64,000 nt of DNA from Magnetospirillum sp. (GTDB lineage: Bacteria > Pseudomonadota > Alphaproteobacteria > CACIAM-22H2): positions 1,111,950 to 1,175,949 of the forward strand of contig JAPZUA010000001.1 in assembly GCA_027532905.1 (NCBI GenBank), in the 5' to 3' direction. Shown piece after piece: positions 40,564 to 49,641 of the stretch (positions within the stretch are counted from its first letter, which is position 1; each line of letters starts with the position of its first letter). The notes beneath the pieces are model-generated. The model made no database searches, was not told the DNA's origin, and saw only the letters and a program-made list of their open reading frames with translations. Position numbers and translations under genes: made by a program.

Positions 40564-41502
40564 ATGCTAAGTTTGATCGTTCGGCGACTTCTGCTCGGCA
40601 TTCCAAACATCATTCTCATTTCAGTACTGCTGTTTTTTACGATTCTTGGCGCTTTGGGCAGCCCCGCAACCCTCATGCTCGGCCTCGATGCAACGCCGGA
40701 ACGGATACTTGAGCTTGAGCGCCAGTACGGTTTCGACCGTCCACTCTACGTGCAGTATATCGATTGGGTATGGAAGGCTCTGAACGGAGACTTCGGTCGG
40801 TCCTATGCGACGAACCAACGTGTCGTCGATGCGCTTTTGCCCCGTATCCTGCCCAGCGTCGAACTGGCACTTCTCGGCATGATCGTCGCAGTTACCACAT
40901 CCGTCGTATTCAGCAGCATTACTGTCGGCCGCAGAATCGTCCAGCCTGTTGTCAACATTCTCAGTCTCATTGGGATCACAGTGCCAAACTTTATGCTTGG
41001 CATCACACTGACATACATTTTCTCCGTCGTATTGGGCATCCTGCCGACATCCGGGTGGGCCCCCTGGTCTGCAGGCATTTTCGAGCATCTGCTCCATCTG
41101 ATCCTGCCTGTGCTGACAGTCGCCGCGTACTACTTCGCCTCGTTTGGCCTCGTGTACCGCGCTGAGTATCGCGCCACATCGCGCCGGCTTTACATTCAGG
41201 TCGCGCGCGCAAAGGGGCTTTCGGAAAGCGCCGTGTCTTTCAGGCATATCCTGCCGAACTCAATTCTTCCTGTAATCACTCAGGTCGGCAGCAGTCTTGG
41301 GCAACTTGCGGCCGGCGCGCTCGTCGCAGAGACGGTCTTCTCCATTCCCGGCGTCGGCACGCTTTTCACAAGCGCGCTCCTATCTCGTGATTTTCCGGTG
41401 TTCCTCGCGATCGGAATGATCACGATTGTCAGCGTGGTTGTCATGAATCTTTTGGCCGACTTGCTTTATGTCGCCGCCAATCCCCAAATCCGGCTCGATT
41501 AG
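40564..41502 (+). CDS. ABC transporter permease, DppB type
   Basis: GFDRPLYVQY, GDFGRS, ARAKGLSE, ANPQIR. Confidence 0.92.
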   Translation: MLSLIVRRLLLGIPNIILISVLLFFTILGALGSPATLMLGLDATPERILELERQYGFDRPLYVQYIDWVWKALNGDFGRSYATNQRVVDALLPRILPSVELALLGMIVAVTTSVVFSSITVGRRIVQPVVNILSLIGITVPNFMLGITLTYIFSVVLGILPTSGWAPWSAGIFEHLLHLILPVLTVAAYYFASFGLVYRAEYRATSRRLYIQVARAKGLSESAVSFRHILPNSILPVITQVGSSLGQLAAGALVAETVFSIPGVGTLFTSALLSRDFPVFLAIGMITIVSVVVMNLLADLLYVAANPQIRLD

Positions 41503-41504
41503 CC

Positions 41505-42281
41505 ATGAAGAACCGGAACGCGTTGATTGGATTTGTGATCGTATCCATCGTCACTACGCTGGCGATCGCGGCGCCTTGGATCGCACCCTACGATCCCGCG
41601 ACGACGAGTATCCGCTTGTTCGAGGGCCCGTCTGCGGACCATTGGCTTGGGACGGACCAGCTCGGACGCGATATCTTCAGTCGCATTCTTTTTGGCGCGC
41701 GCGTATCGCTGATAATCGGTGCCGGCTCGGCAGTGGTTGCAGGTATCATCGGCGTGCCCATCGGGCTTGCCGCCGGCTATCTCGGTCGCACTGTCGACAT
41801 GATGGCCATGCAGTTCATCAATCTTTTCATTGCCCTACCGGGGCTTGTTCTCGCACTCATTATCATCACGATGACGGGCGCGACGATGCTCAACATCGTA
41901 TTGGTCCTCGGATTCGTAGCCTGGCCGGGCGTCGCCCGACTGGCTCGCGGGCAGACCTTTGCGATCCGAGAGTCGGTGTATGTCGAGGCTGCACGCGCCG
42001 TCGGGGGCGGCACGGCATGGATCATCATCCGCCACATCTGGCCCAACATCTTTCGCCTCGTAGCAGTCCAGCTTGCGACAGTCGTGGCATTCGCAATATT
42101 CACGTCTTCGAGCCTCAGCTTCCTCGGTTTGGGCGTGCCGCCGCCGACCGCCGACTGGGGCGGAATGGTCCGCAGCGGTGTCGACTATCTGTCCGTCAAT
42201 CCGTACATGAGCCTTGCCCCTGGCTTCTCGGTCGCGATCACTATTTTCGGCTTCTACATGCTGGGCTATCGAGAGGAATAG
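41505..42281 (+). CDS. ABC transporter permease, DppC type
   Basis: HWLGTDQLGRDIFSR, YVEAARAVG, LSFLGLG. Confidence 0.92.
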   Translation: MKNRNALIGFVIVSIVTTLAIAAPWIAPYDPATTSIRLFEGPSADHWLGTDQLGRDIFSRILFGARVSLIIGAGSAVVAGIIGVPIGLAAGYLGRTVDMMAMQFINLFIALPGLVLALIIITMTGATMLNIVLVLGFVAWPGVARLARGQTFAIRESVYVEAARAVGGGTAWIIIRHIWPNIFRLVAVQLATVVAFAIFTSSSLSFLGLGVPPPTADWGGMVRSGVDYLSVNPYMSLAPGFSVAITIFGFYMLGYREE

Positions 42282-42284
42282 CGA

Positions 42285-43295
42285 ATGGCCCGGAACTCCC
42301 TCCTTGAAGTCGAAAACGTTTCGGTGTCTTTCAAATCGGCGCAAGGACCCATTCGCGCCGTCCGTGACGTCAGCTTTCGGATAAATCCCGGCGAGATCGT
42401 CGCGCTTGTCGGCGAGTCGGGGTCGGGGAAATCCACGACTGGCCTGGCTACAATGCAGTTGATCCCCTCGGCAACGGTATCGGGCCGCATATGTCTTACG
42501 CGAAAAGACGGGACCAAAGCCGATCTGGTGTCATTGAGCGAATCCGACATTCGCAGGGTCCGCGGCAACGAAGTGGCGATGATTTTCCAGGAGCCGATGT
42601 CGTCGCTCGATCCGGTCTTCACGATCGGAACGCAGATGTGCGAAGCGGCGAGGGTCCACCAGCGCCTCTCCTATCGAGAAGCCTATGCCGCATCGATAAA
42701 GGCCCTTGAAGCGGTCGGCATGCCTGATCCCGAAAAATGCATGGAGACCTACCAGCACAAGCTGTCGGGCGGCATGCGGCAGCGCGTCATGATCGCGATG
42801 GCCTTGAGCAGCAAGCCCTCTCTTCTCATCGCCGACGAACCGACGACCGCGCTCGATGTCACCATCCAAGCCCAGATCGTCGAGTACCTGAAGCGTATCC
42901 AGAAACAGACCGGAATGGCGATTCTGTTCATCACTCACAATCTCGGGCTCGTTGCCGAAATCGCCGATCGCGCCATCGTTATGTATGCCGGGGAGATCGT
43001 CGAATCGGGCAGTGTGTCGGAACTGTTCACGCGCCCCCGGATGCCATACACCTCCGGTCTCTTGAAATCGTTGCCACGTCTTGGACGGAAGAAGACACTC
43101 GGCACGCCGATCGAGCCTATTCCCGGCAGCCTTCCGAGCCCTCTTGCGCTTCCAAGCGGCTGCAAGTTCCATCCTCGTTGCGGCCACTTCGTCGCCGGGG
43201 TCTGCGACACGGCCGTTCCCGAACTCGAATCCAGCGACCAGGCGCATCAGGTTCGCTGCGCCCGCTGGCGCGACATCGCGAGGACAGCGCAATGA
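42285..43295 (+). CDS. ABC transporter ATPase, DppD type
   Basis: GESGSGKS, LSGGMRQR, IADEPTTALD, C-terminal CKFHPRC. Confidence 0.93.
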   Translation: MARNSLLEVENVSVSFKSAQGPIRAVRDVSFRINPGEIVALVGESGSGKSTTGLATMQLIPSATVSGRICLTRKDGTKADLVSLSESDIRRVRGNEVAMIFQEPMSSLDPVFTIGTQMCEAARVHQRLSYREAYAASIKALEAVGMPDPEKCMETYQHKLSGGMRQRVMIAMALSSKPSLLIADEPTTALDVTIQAQIVEYLKRIQKQTGMAILFITHNLGLVAEIADRAIVMYAGEIVESGSVSELFTRPRMPYTSGLLKSLPRLGRKKTLGTPIEPIPGSLPSPLALPSGCKFHPRCGHFVAGVCDTAVPELESSDQAHQVRCARWRDIARTAQ

Positions 43296-44293
43296 GTTCG
43301 GAAATGGCACCGCTTCTGCAGGTCGAAGGGCTGAGGAAATGGTTCGACATCACGCGCGGCGTATTCGGCCGCAAGGTCGGCCAGGTGAAGGCCGTCGACG
43401 ACGTTTCTTTCACGGTCCGCTCGCGTGAGGTTTTAGGATTAGCGGGCGAGTCGGGGTCGGGAAAAACCACGATTGGCCGTTCCGTCCTTCGCCTCGTCGA
43501 GCCAAGCGCGGGCCGTGTTGTTTTCGACGGCACTGACGTGACCTCTCTGAACACAGCGGACCTCCGCCGATTTCGGCGCAGGATGCAGATTATCTTTCAG
43601 GATCCGCTCGCGGCCCTGAACCCGCAAATGACGATCGAGGAGGTTTTAAGCGAACCCTTGATCGTCCAAGGTATCGGCCGCAGCGACGCTGATCGACGCA
43701 ACCGAGCCGTGGAACTGCTCGATAGTGTGTCGCTTTCAAGCGACTATCTTAAGCGCCGTCCCGGGGAAATGTCCGGCGGTCAACGGCAGAGAATCGTCAT
43801 CGCCCGCGCGCTCGCCGTGAACCCGGAGTTCATCGTCGCGGACGAGCCGGTTTCGGCGCTCGACGTATCGATCCAGGCACAAATCATCGCGCTTTTGATC
43901 GAGCTGAAGGGTCGCCTTGGTTTGTCCATGCTCTTCATTTCCCACGATCTCGCGGCAATGGAATACATCTCCGACCGAATTGCGGTTCTTTATCTCGGTC
44001 GCGTCATGGAGATCGGTCCAAGTTCCGAGGTCTGCGGCAATTTCAAGCATCCCTATACGGAGATGCTGATCTCGGCCGTCCCGCAACCCGAGCCCGGATA
44101 CCAGCGCAAGATTTTTCCGGCAGGCGAGATTCCGAGCGCTGCGTCTCCGCCCAGCGGCTGCGTATTTCGGACTCGCTGCAGCTACGCACGGCCTGAATGC
44201 GCGCAAATTGTTCCGCAGTTGCGGAAAGTGGCCGAAGATCATTACACCGCATGTATCCGCGATGATTTATCCCTCTCGAGGGTGCTGCTATGA
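43292..44293 (+). CDS. ABC transporter ATPase, DppF type
   Basis: ATG 43292 overlaps the previous stop; GESGSGKT, MSGGQRQR, ADEPVSALD. Confidence 0.93.
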   Translation: MSSEMAPLLQVEGLRKWFDITRGVFGRKVGQVKAVDDVSFTVRSREVLGLAGESGSGKTTIGRSVLRLVEPSAGRVVFDGTDVTSLNTADLRRFRRRMQIIFQDPLAALNPQMTIEEVLSEPLIVQGIGRSDADRRNRAVELLDSVSLSSDYLKRRPGEMSGGQRQRIVIARALAVNPEFIVADEPVSALDVSIQAQIIALLIELKGRLGLSMLFISHDLAAMEYISDRIAVLYLGRVMEIGPSSEVCGNFKHPYTEMLISAVPQPEPGYQRKIFPAGEIPSAASPPSGCVFRTRCSYARPECAQIVPQLRKVAEDHYTACIRDDLSLSRVLL

Positions 44294-44391
44294 TCGGACA
44301 CGTCCAAAGCTATGCAGGCGAAGTCAAACGGCACCGCGATGATTGATCACTGTCCGGAGCAGAAGCGTTCGCTCGGAAACGCGGGTGCGAA

Positions 44392-45252
44392 ATGAAACCG
44401 GCGCCATTCACGCATCACAACCCGAAGACCTTGGCCGAAGCGATTTCACTGCTTTCGGTCCTCGCGCCCGAGGACGGACGAATCATTGCTGGTGGTCAGA
44501 CTCTTGTCCCGATGATGGCGTTTCGCTTGGCCCGTCCCCGGCATGTCATCGACATCAATGGAATTACAGAGCTTGGGAAAATCACGATCGAGAACGGCAC
44601 AATGACGATCGGCGCCACCGTGCGCCACAATGCCTTTGAAAAGCCGTATCCCGGGAGCGGGAAGCTTGGAAGCCTTCTTGCGAACGTCGTGCAAAACATT
44701 GCGCATGCGCCCATTCGGTCCCGTGGCACTTTCTGCGGTAGCATTGCAAATTCGGACCCCGCGTCGGAATGGTGTCTCGTATCGACAACTGCTGGCGCGG
44801 AGATCGTATTGGCAAGCGTACGCGGCGAGCGAATCGTTCCAGCACATGATTTTTATACCGGCATAATGGCCAATGCGCTCGCAGAAGACGAAATTATCAC
44901 CAAGGTCCGTATCCCGCTTCTTTCGGACGATACGCGGTTTGGATTTCACGAGGTAAGCCGAAGAAAAGGCGATTTTGCAATGGCAGCTTGCCTCGCGATC
45001 TATCGTCTGTCGAACGGCAAAGCACTCGAACCAAGAATCGGACTTGGCGGTGTCCAAGCAATTCCGAAACGCGTCACCGCGGCCGAAGAAGCTCTTCGCG
45101 GCGGCGACATTGGGGGCGAGCTGTTCCGTCAAACCGCATCCGTCGCGATGCGCGCGATCGATCCGCTCGATGACGAGGAGTTTCCGGAGCAATATCGTCG
45201 GGAGCTGGCGCAGGCGGTGGTCGCGCGCGCATTGGAAAGCAGCGTCGCATGA
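44392..45252 (+). CDS. Molybdo-hydroxylase FAD-binding medium subunit (CoxM-like) #1
   Basis: MKPAPF, IAGGQTL, IRSRGTFCGS, RRKGDFA. Confidence 0.92.
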   Translation: MKPAPFTHHNPKTLAEAISLLSVLAPEDGRIIAGGQTLVPMMAFRLARPRHVIDINGITELGKITIENGTMTIGATVRHNAFEKPYPGSGKLGSLLANVVQNIAHAPIRSRGTFCGSIANSDPASEWCLVSTTAGAEIVLASVRGERIVPAHDFYTGIMANALAEDEIITKVRIPLLSDDTRFGFHEVSRRKGDFAMAACLAIYRLSNGKALEPRIGLGGVQAIPKRVTAAEEALRGGDIGGELFRQTASVAMRAIDPLDDEEFPEQYRRELAQAVVARALESSVA

Positions 45253-45737
45253 CAGACGAAGTGGATATCAGCCTATCCGTCAACGGACGGACCTATCGCT
45301 TTAAGGCGGAGCCCCGGCGAACCCTGGCGGACGCGCTGAGAGAAGATTGCGGACTGACCGGGACACATCTCGGCTGTGAACACGGCGTCTGCGGAACGTG
45401 CACCGTCAGCATGGACGGACAGCCAGTCCGCGCGTGTCTGATGTTTGCTGTCCAAGCGCAAGGGGCAAAGATCGTTACCGTCGAAGGCCTCGCATCGGGA
45501 TCGGAGCTGCATCCGCTTCAAAAGGCTTTCATCGAACATCACGCTCTTCAGTGCGGCTTTTGTACGCCTGGATTTCTGATGCTCGCATGGACCGAGCTCG
45601 CAAAGAATCCGAACCCAAGCGATGAAGAGCTGACTGACATTCTGTCGTCCAATCTATGTCGCTGCACAGGATACAAGAACATCTTTTCCGCGGTAAAAGC
45701 AGCGGCCAATGAAATGCGAAATGGAGCGCCAAAATGA
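45249..45737 (+). CDS. Molybdo-hydroxylase [2Fe-2S] small subunit (CoxS-like) #1
   Basis: GCEHGVCGTCT, QCGFCTPG, NLCRCTGY. Confidence 0.93.
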   Translation: MTDEVDISLSVNGRTYRFKAEPRRTLADALREDCGLTGTHLGCEHGVCGTCTVSMDGQPVRACLMFAVQAQGAKIVTVEGLASGSELHPLQKAFIEHHALQCGFCTPGFLMLAWTELAKNPNPSDEELTDILSSNLCRCTGYKNIFSAVKAAANEMRNGAPK

Positions 45738-48088
45738 GTATCCAGGCCGCCCCATCGCAGCGAAAGGAGACCAAAGTCTTCGGAAAACGCGTGCCGCGTC
45801 TCGAAGATCTTCCCCTCGTCAAAGGGCTCGGACGGTTCGTCGCGGACCTCTCGTTTCCCCATCAGCTTTACATGCGCGTCGTTCGCTCGCCGATCGCACA
45901 CGGGACGATCACACGGATCGACGCTGACGAGGCGCGTAAGGCGCCAGGCGTGGTCGCGATTTGGACGCACGCCGACATCGCATCATACCCTCTGATCGAC
46001 TTTAGAGATCCATCCGCGGAAGCGTTGATGCCATACCGGCAACCGCTGCTCGCCAAGGACCGTGTCCGATATGTCGGCGAGCCGATTGCCGTGGTGTTTG
46101 CCGAGTCCGCCTACCTTGCCGAAGACGCAGCAGACTTGGTCTTTGCCGAAATCGACGAGCTTCCTCCGCATATGGATGCTCAAGCGGACTGCGCCAGCTT
46201 CGCGCCGGGCATTTCGACCGAACCGATCGTATTGAAGCAAGGATTCGGCGATCTACCGGGCGCGTTCGCCAACGCCCACTGCGTCGTCGAACTGGAACTC
46301 TCGATCGGGCGCCACTCGGGCGTTCCAATGGAATGCCGGGGTGCGATCGGGCGCTACGATGCAGCGCAAGACGTTCTCGAGCTGTGGGGAGCGGCGAAGG
46401 TGCCGTTGCGCAACCGAGAAACGATGGCGCGTTACTTCCAGCGTAGCTCGGCATCCGTGCAGCTCTACGAACTACATGTCGGCGGCGGATTCGGCGTTCG
46501 CGGCGAGTTGTACCCCGAAGATTTCCTCGTATGCGCGGCCAGCATGACACTTGGCCGACCGGTAAAGTGGATCGAGGACCGCCGGGAACATCTCATGGCG
46601 ACAAACCAGTCGCGCGAACAATATCACCGCGTCCGAGCGGCTGTCGATCAGACCGGCCGCATTCTGGCGCTCAGCGACGTGTTTTTCCACGATCAAGGCG
46701 CTTACGTCAGAACCCATGGCGCGAGGGTCGCGGATCTGACGATCGGTATGCTACCGGGCCCGTACCACGTGCCTGTCTATCAAGGCATCGGCCATTTTCG
46801 CCTGACGAACAAAACGCCCGCTGCCACCTATCGATCGCCTGGGCGTTACGAGGGCTCTTTCGTTCGCGAGCGTCTTGTTGATGCGATTGCAGCAAAGTTG
46901 GGGCTCGATCGGATCGAGGTTCGCCGACGCAATCTGATCCCAAGCGCCGACATGCCCTACACACGGCAACTCGGCGCGCTCGGAACCGAGGTTGTGCTCG
47001 ATTCCGGCGATTACGCCGGCCTCCTGCAAACGTCGATCGATCGCTTTGGGTGGGACGAATTGCAGAAGACGATCCGCGTGCGTCGAGCACAGGGTGAATT
47101 CGTCGGCGCCGGCATCGCGATGTTCCTCGAAAAAAGCGGGATGGGACCGTCCGACAGCGTCACGGTCAGCGTCGATCCCATGGGTTTCGTCGAAGTCGTC
47201 ACAGGTGGAGCTTCTGTCGGGCAAGGCTTCGAAACAGCCATGGCGCAGATCTGCGCCGAAACGCTCGGCGTCGACTATCGACGCATCCGGGTCGTACATG
47301 GACAAACGGACCGAATTCGCTTCGGAATTGGGGCCCATGCGTCGCGCGCCACGGTTATGACCGGAAACGCCGTCCACGCAGCCGCAACGAATGTTCGCGA
47401 TCTTGCCCTCAAGCATGCATCCGTCTTGTTGCAGGCACCGGCTGAACTGCTCGACATCGTCGATGGCATCGTCGCCCGAAAGGGCAGCCCAAGTGGGCCC
47501 ACGATTTCCCTCGGCCAGTTGTCGCGGCAATTGTCGCCCGGCCCTGAAGCGATCGCACGCGGGACAAACGGTCTCTCCTGCGAAGGATGGTTCTATGCCG
47601 ACCACATGACCTACCCCTATGGAGTCCACTTGGCGCTTGTACGAGTGGACGGGGAAACAGGTCAGGTCTTTGTCGAGCGCTACATGGTCGCGAGCGATGT
47701 CGGCCGAGCGGTCAACCCAATGATTGTCGAGGGCCAGGTTGTAGGCGGCGTCGCGCAGGGGCTCGGCGGCGCTCTTTACGAACAGTTCCGCTACAGCGAT
47801 ACCGGACAGCCGCTCTCACTGAATTTTGCGGAGTATCTGATACCAACCGCGCATGAGGTGCCCGACGTCGAAGTCATCGTCGCGGAGGACGCACCAAGCC
47901 CCCTCAATCCACTCGGGATCAAGGGCGCTGGCGAGGGCGGCTGCACGGGCGTCGGGGCAGCCATCGCCTCTGCTGTCGACGACGCGATCGGCATCCCGGG
48001 GGCTATCACATCCCTTCCCATCACGCCCGCGAAGCTGAAAGCGCTGCTTAAGAACAGACGCGACAATTCGAACGGCGACAGCACATGA
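45734..48088 (+). CDS. Xanthine-dehydrogenase-family large subunit #3 (KdhL-like active-site loop)
   Basis: RHSGVPME, VGGGFGVRG, TNKTPAATYRSPGRYE, GIKGAGEGG. Confidence 0.92.
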   Translation: MSIQAAPSQRKETKVFGKRVPRLEDLPLVKGLGRFVADLSFPHQLYMRVVRSPIAHGTITRIDADEARKAPGVVAIWTHADIASYPLIDFRDPSAEALMPYRQPLLAKDRVRYVGEPIAVVFAESAYLAEDAADLVFAEIDELPPHMDAQADCASFAPGISTEPIVLKQGFGDLPGAFANAHCVVELELSIGRHSGVPMECRGAIGRYDAAQDVLELWGAAKVPLRNRETMARYFQRSSASVQLYELHVGGGFGVRGELYPEDFLVCAASMTLGRPVKWIEDRREHLMATNQSREQYHRVRAAVDQTGRILALSDVFFHDQGAYVRTHGARVADLTIGMLPGPYHVPVYQGIGHFRLTNKTPAATYRSPGRYEGSFVRERLVDAIAAKLGLDRIEVRRRNLIPSADMPYTRQLGALGTEVVLDSGDYAGLLQTSIDRFGWDELQKTIRVRRAQGEFVGAGIAMFLEKSGMGPSDSVTVSVDPMGFVEVVTGGASVGQGFETAMAQICAETLGVDYRRIRVVHGQTDRIRFGIGAHASRATVMTGNAVHAAATNVRDLALKHASVLLQAPAELLDIVDGIVARKGSPSGPTISLGQLSRQLSPGPEAIARGTNGLSCEGWFYADHMTYPYGVHLALVRVDGETGQVFVERYMVASDVGRAVNPMIVEGQVVGGVAQGLGGALYEQFRYSDTGQPLSLNFAEYLIPTAHEVPDVEVIVAEDAPSPLNPLGIKGAGEGGCTGVGAAIASAVDDAIGIPGAITSLPITPAKLKALLKNRRDNSNGDST

Positions 48089-48960
48089 AAGCAGCTCCTT
48101 TTCAGTATCACGATCCCACCTCGATAGACGAGGCGATCGACCTACTTGGCAAACTGGAGAACGCAAAAGTTCTTGCCGGCGGCCAGTCGTTGATGGCGAT
48201 GCTCAACATGAGATACGCCCAACCCGATCACGTCGTGGACATCAATCGCATCGCAGATCTTTCGTATATTCGGGAAGCAAACGGCGCACTCGTTATCGGC
48301 GCCATGACCCGCCAGCGCGATCTGGAGTTTTCTGATCTCGTTCGCAGGACCTGTCCCATACTCCACGAAGCGATCCAGCATGTCGGCCACCGCCAGACGC
48401 GCAATCGCGGAACCGTCGGCGGATCGCTTTGCCACCTCGATCCGTCCGCCGAACTCGCAGCGATGGCTGCGCTGCACAACGCAACGCTGACAGTGGCAGG
48501 TCCAAAGGGCTCTCGGGAGCTTGCCTTCAAAGAGTTCGCGCTCGGCTTTATGACGCCGGCGCTGGAAGTCGACGAAATTCTGACGGCGATTCGGATCGAA
48601 TTCTGGCCTAAGGGCCACGGCTACGGGTTTCTCGAATTCGCCCGTCGGCACGGAGATTTCGCCGTCGCGTCGGCTGGGGCGCTGATCACGCTCGACGCAA
48701 AAGGCTTAATCGACCGGGCCAGCCTCGTGATTGGCGGCGTCGGCTCGGTACCTACGCGAGTAGAAAGCGCCGAGCAGATCTTGCTGGGCACGCAGCCGAC
48801 CCAGGCCGTTTTCGAGGAAGCTGCGCGCGCCTGCAAATCGATCGAAGCCCTCGACGATATCCATGCACCGGCCTCCTATCGATTGCATCTGGCGGAAACC
48901 CTGGCGCGACGAGCTCTTGCCAAAGCCCTCCTCAGCCTGAGATCGGACGGAGAACAATGA
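48085..48960 (+). CDS. Molybdo-hydroxylase FAD-binding medium subunit #2
   Basis: MKAAPF, LAGGQSL, TRNRGTVGGS, RRHGDFA. Confidence 0.92.
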   Translation: MKAAPFQYHDPTSIDEAIDLLGKLENAKVLAGGQSLMAMLNMRYAQPDHVVDINRIADLSYIREANGALVIGAMTRQRDLEFSDLVRRTCPILHEAIQHVGHRQTRNRGTVGGSLCHLDPSAELAAMAALHNATLTVAGPKGSRELAFKEFALGFMTPALEVDEILTAIRIEFWPKGHGYGFLEFARRHGDFAVASAGALITLDAKGLIDRASLVIGGVGSVPTRVESAEQILLGTQPTQAVFEEAARACKSIEALDDIHAPASYRLHLAETLARRALAKALLSLRSDGEQ

Positions 48961-49445
48961 CGATGGATTCCCGCGACATTGTCGTTACGGTGAATGGCAT
49001 CCGCCACGAGGCAACGGTGAAAACGCGCGTCACCCTCGCGGACTTTCTGCGTCACCAACTCGAGCTTACGGGCACACATCTCGGATGCGAGCACGGCGTC
49101 TGCGGCGCATGCACCGTCCTTGTTGATGGCCGTACGGCACGCTCTTGTCTGATGCTGGCAGTTCAGGCGCACGGCCACGAAATCAGAACTGTCGAAGGTA
49201 TAGCTCCGAACGCAAAGGAACTGCATCCGCTGCAGACGGCTTTCCAGAAACATCATGGACTGCAATGCGGCTTCTGCACGCCCGGAATGCTGACGACTTT
49301 GATCGAGTTCCTCCACGACAATCCAGATCCGACGGAAGCCGAAGTAAGAATAGCGATATCCGGCAATCTCTGTCGCTGCACCGGCTATCAGGGAATCGTC
49401 GATGCCGCCCTCGATGCCGCAAAAACAATGCGCAACAGCACATGA
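48957..49445 (+). CDS. Molybdo-hydroxylase [2Fe-2S] small subunit #2
   Basis: GCEHGVCGACT, QCGFCTPG, NLCRCTGY. Confidence 0.93.
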   Translation: MTMDSRDIVVTVNGIRHEATVKTRVTLADFLRHQLELTGTHLGCEHGVCGACTVLVDGRTARSCLMLAVQAHGHEIRTVEGIAPNAKELHPLQTAFQKHHGLQCGFCTPGMLTTLIEFLHDNPDPTEAEVRIAISGNLCRCTGYQGIVDAALDAAKTMRNST

Positions 49446-49461
49446 GTACGCCGTGCAAGAT

Positions 49462-49641
49462 ATGACCGAAAAGTCGCTTCAGGATATGGCGGAAGCCGCC
49501 GGACTGGGATTGGCGTTCCAGTTGTTTCCCGAGGACATTCGAGCGGCTGTGAAGCAAGTCGCAAATCAGCGCGCCGCACTTCGGGACGATATCTCGGCGG
49601 CGGAGGAGCCATGGCCTCCCATGACTATTCCCGGGAAATGA
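49462..49641 (+). CDS. Small AtzG/GatC-like amidase partner protein (59 aa)
   Basis: MTEKSLQDMAEAAGLGLA...EEPWPP; stop overlaps the amidase start (ATGA). Confidence 0.6.
   Translation: MTEKSLQDMAEAAGLGLAFQLFPEDIRAAVKQVANQRAALRDDISAAEEPWPPMTIPGK

Noticed and set aside
42737..43291. Apparent 518-aa ABC ATPase with a long N-terminus
   Set aside because: The extension overlaps the DppD-type gene; the real start is ATG 43292
20221..48088. Aerobic CO dehydrogenase (coxMSL plus coxG)
   Set aside because: No large subunit has the AYRCSFR form I motif, and coxDEF-type genes are absent
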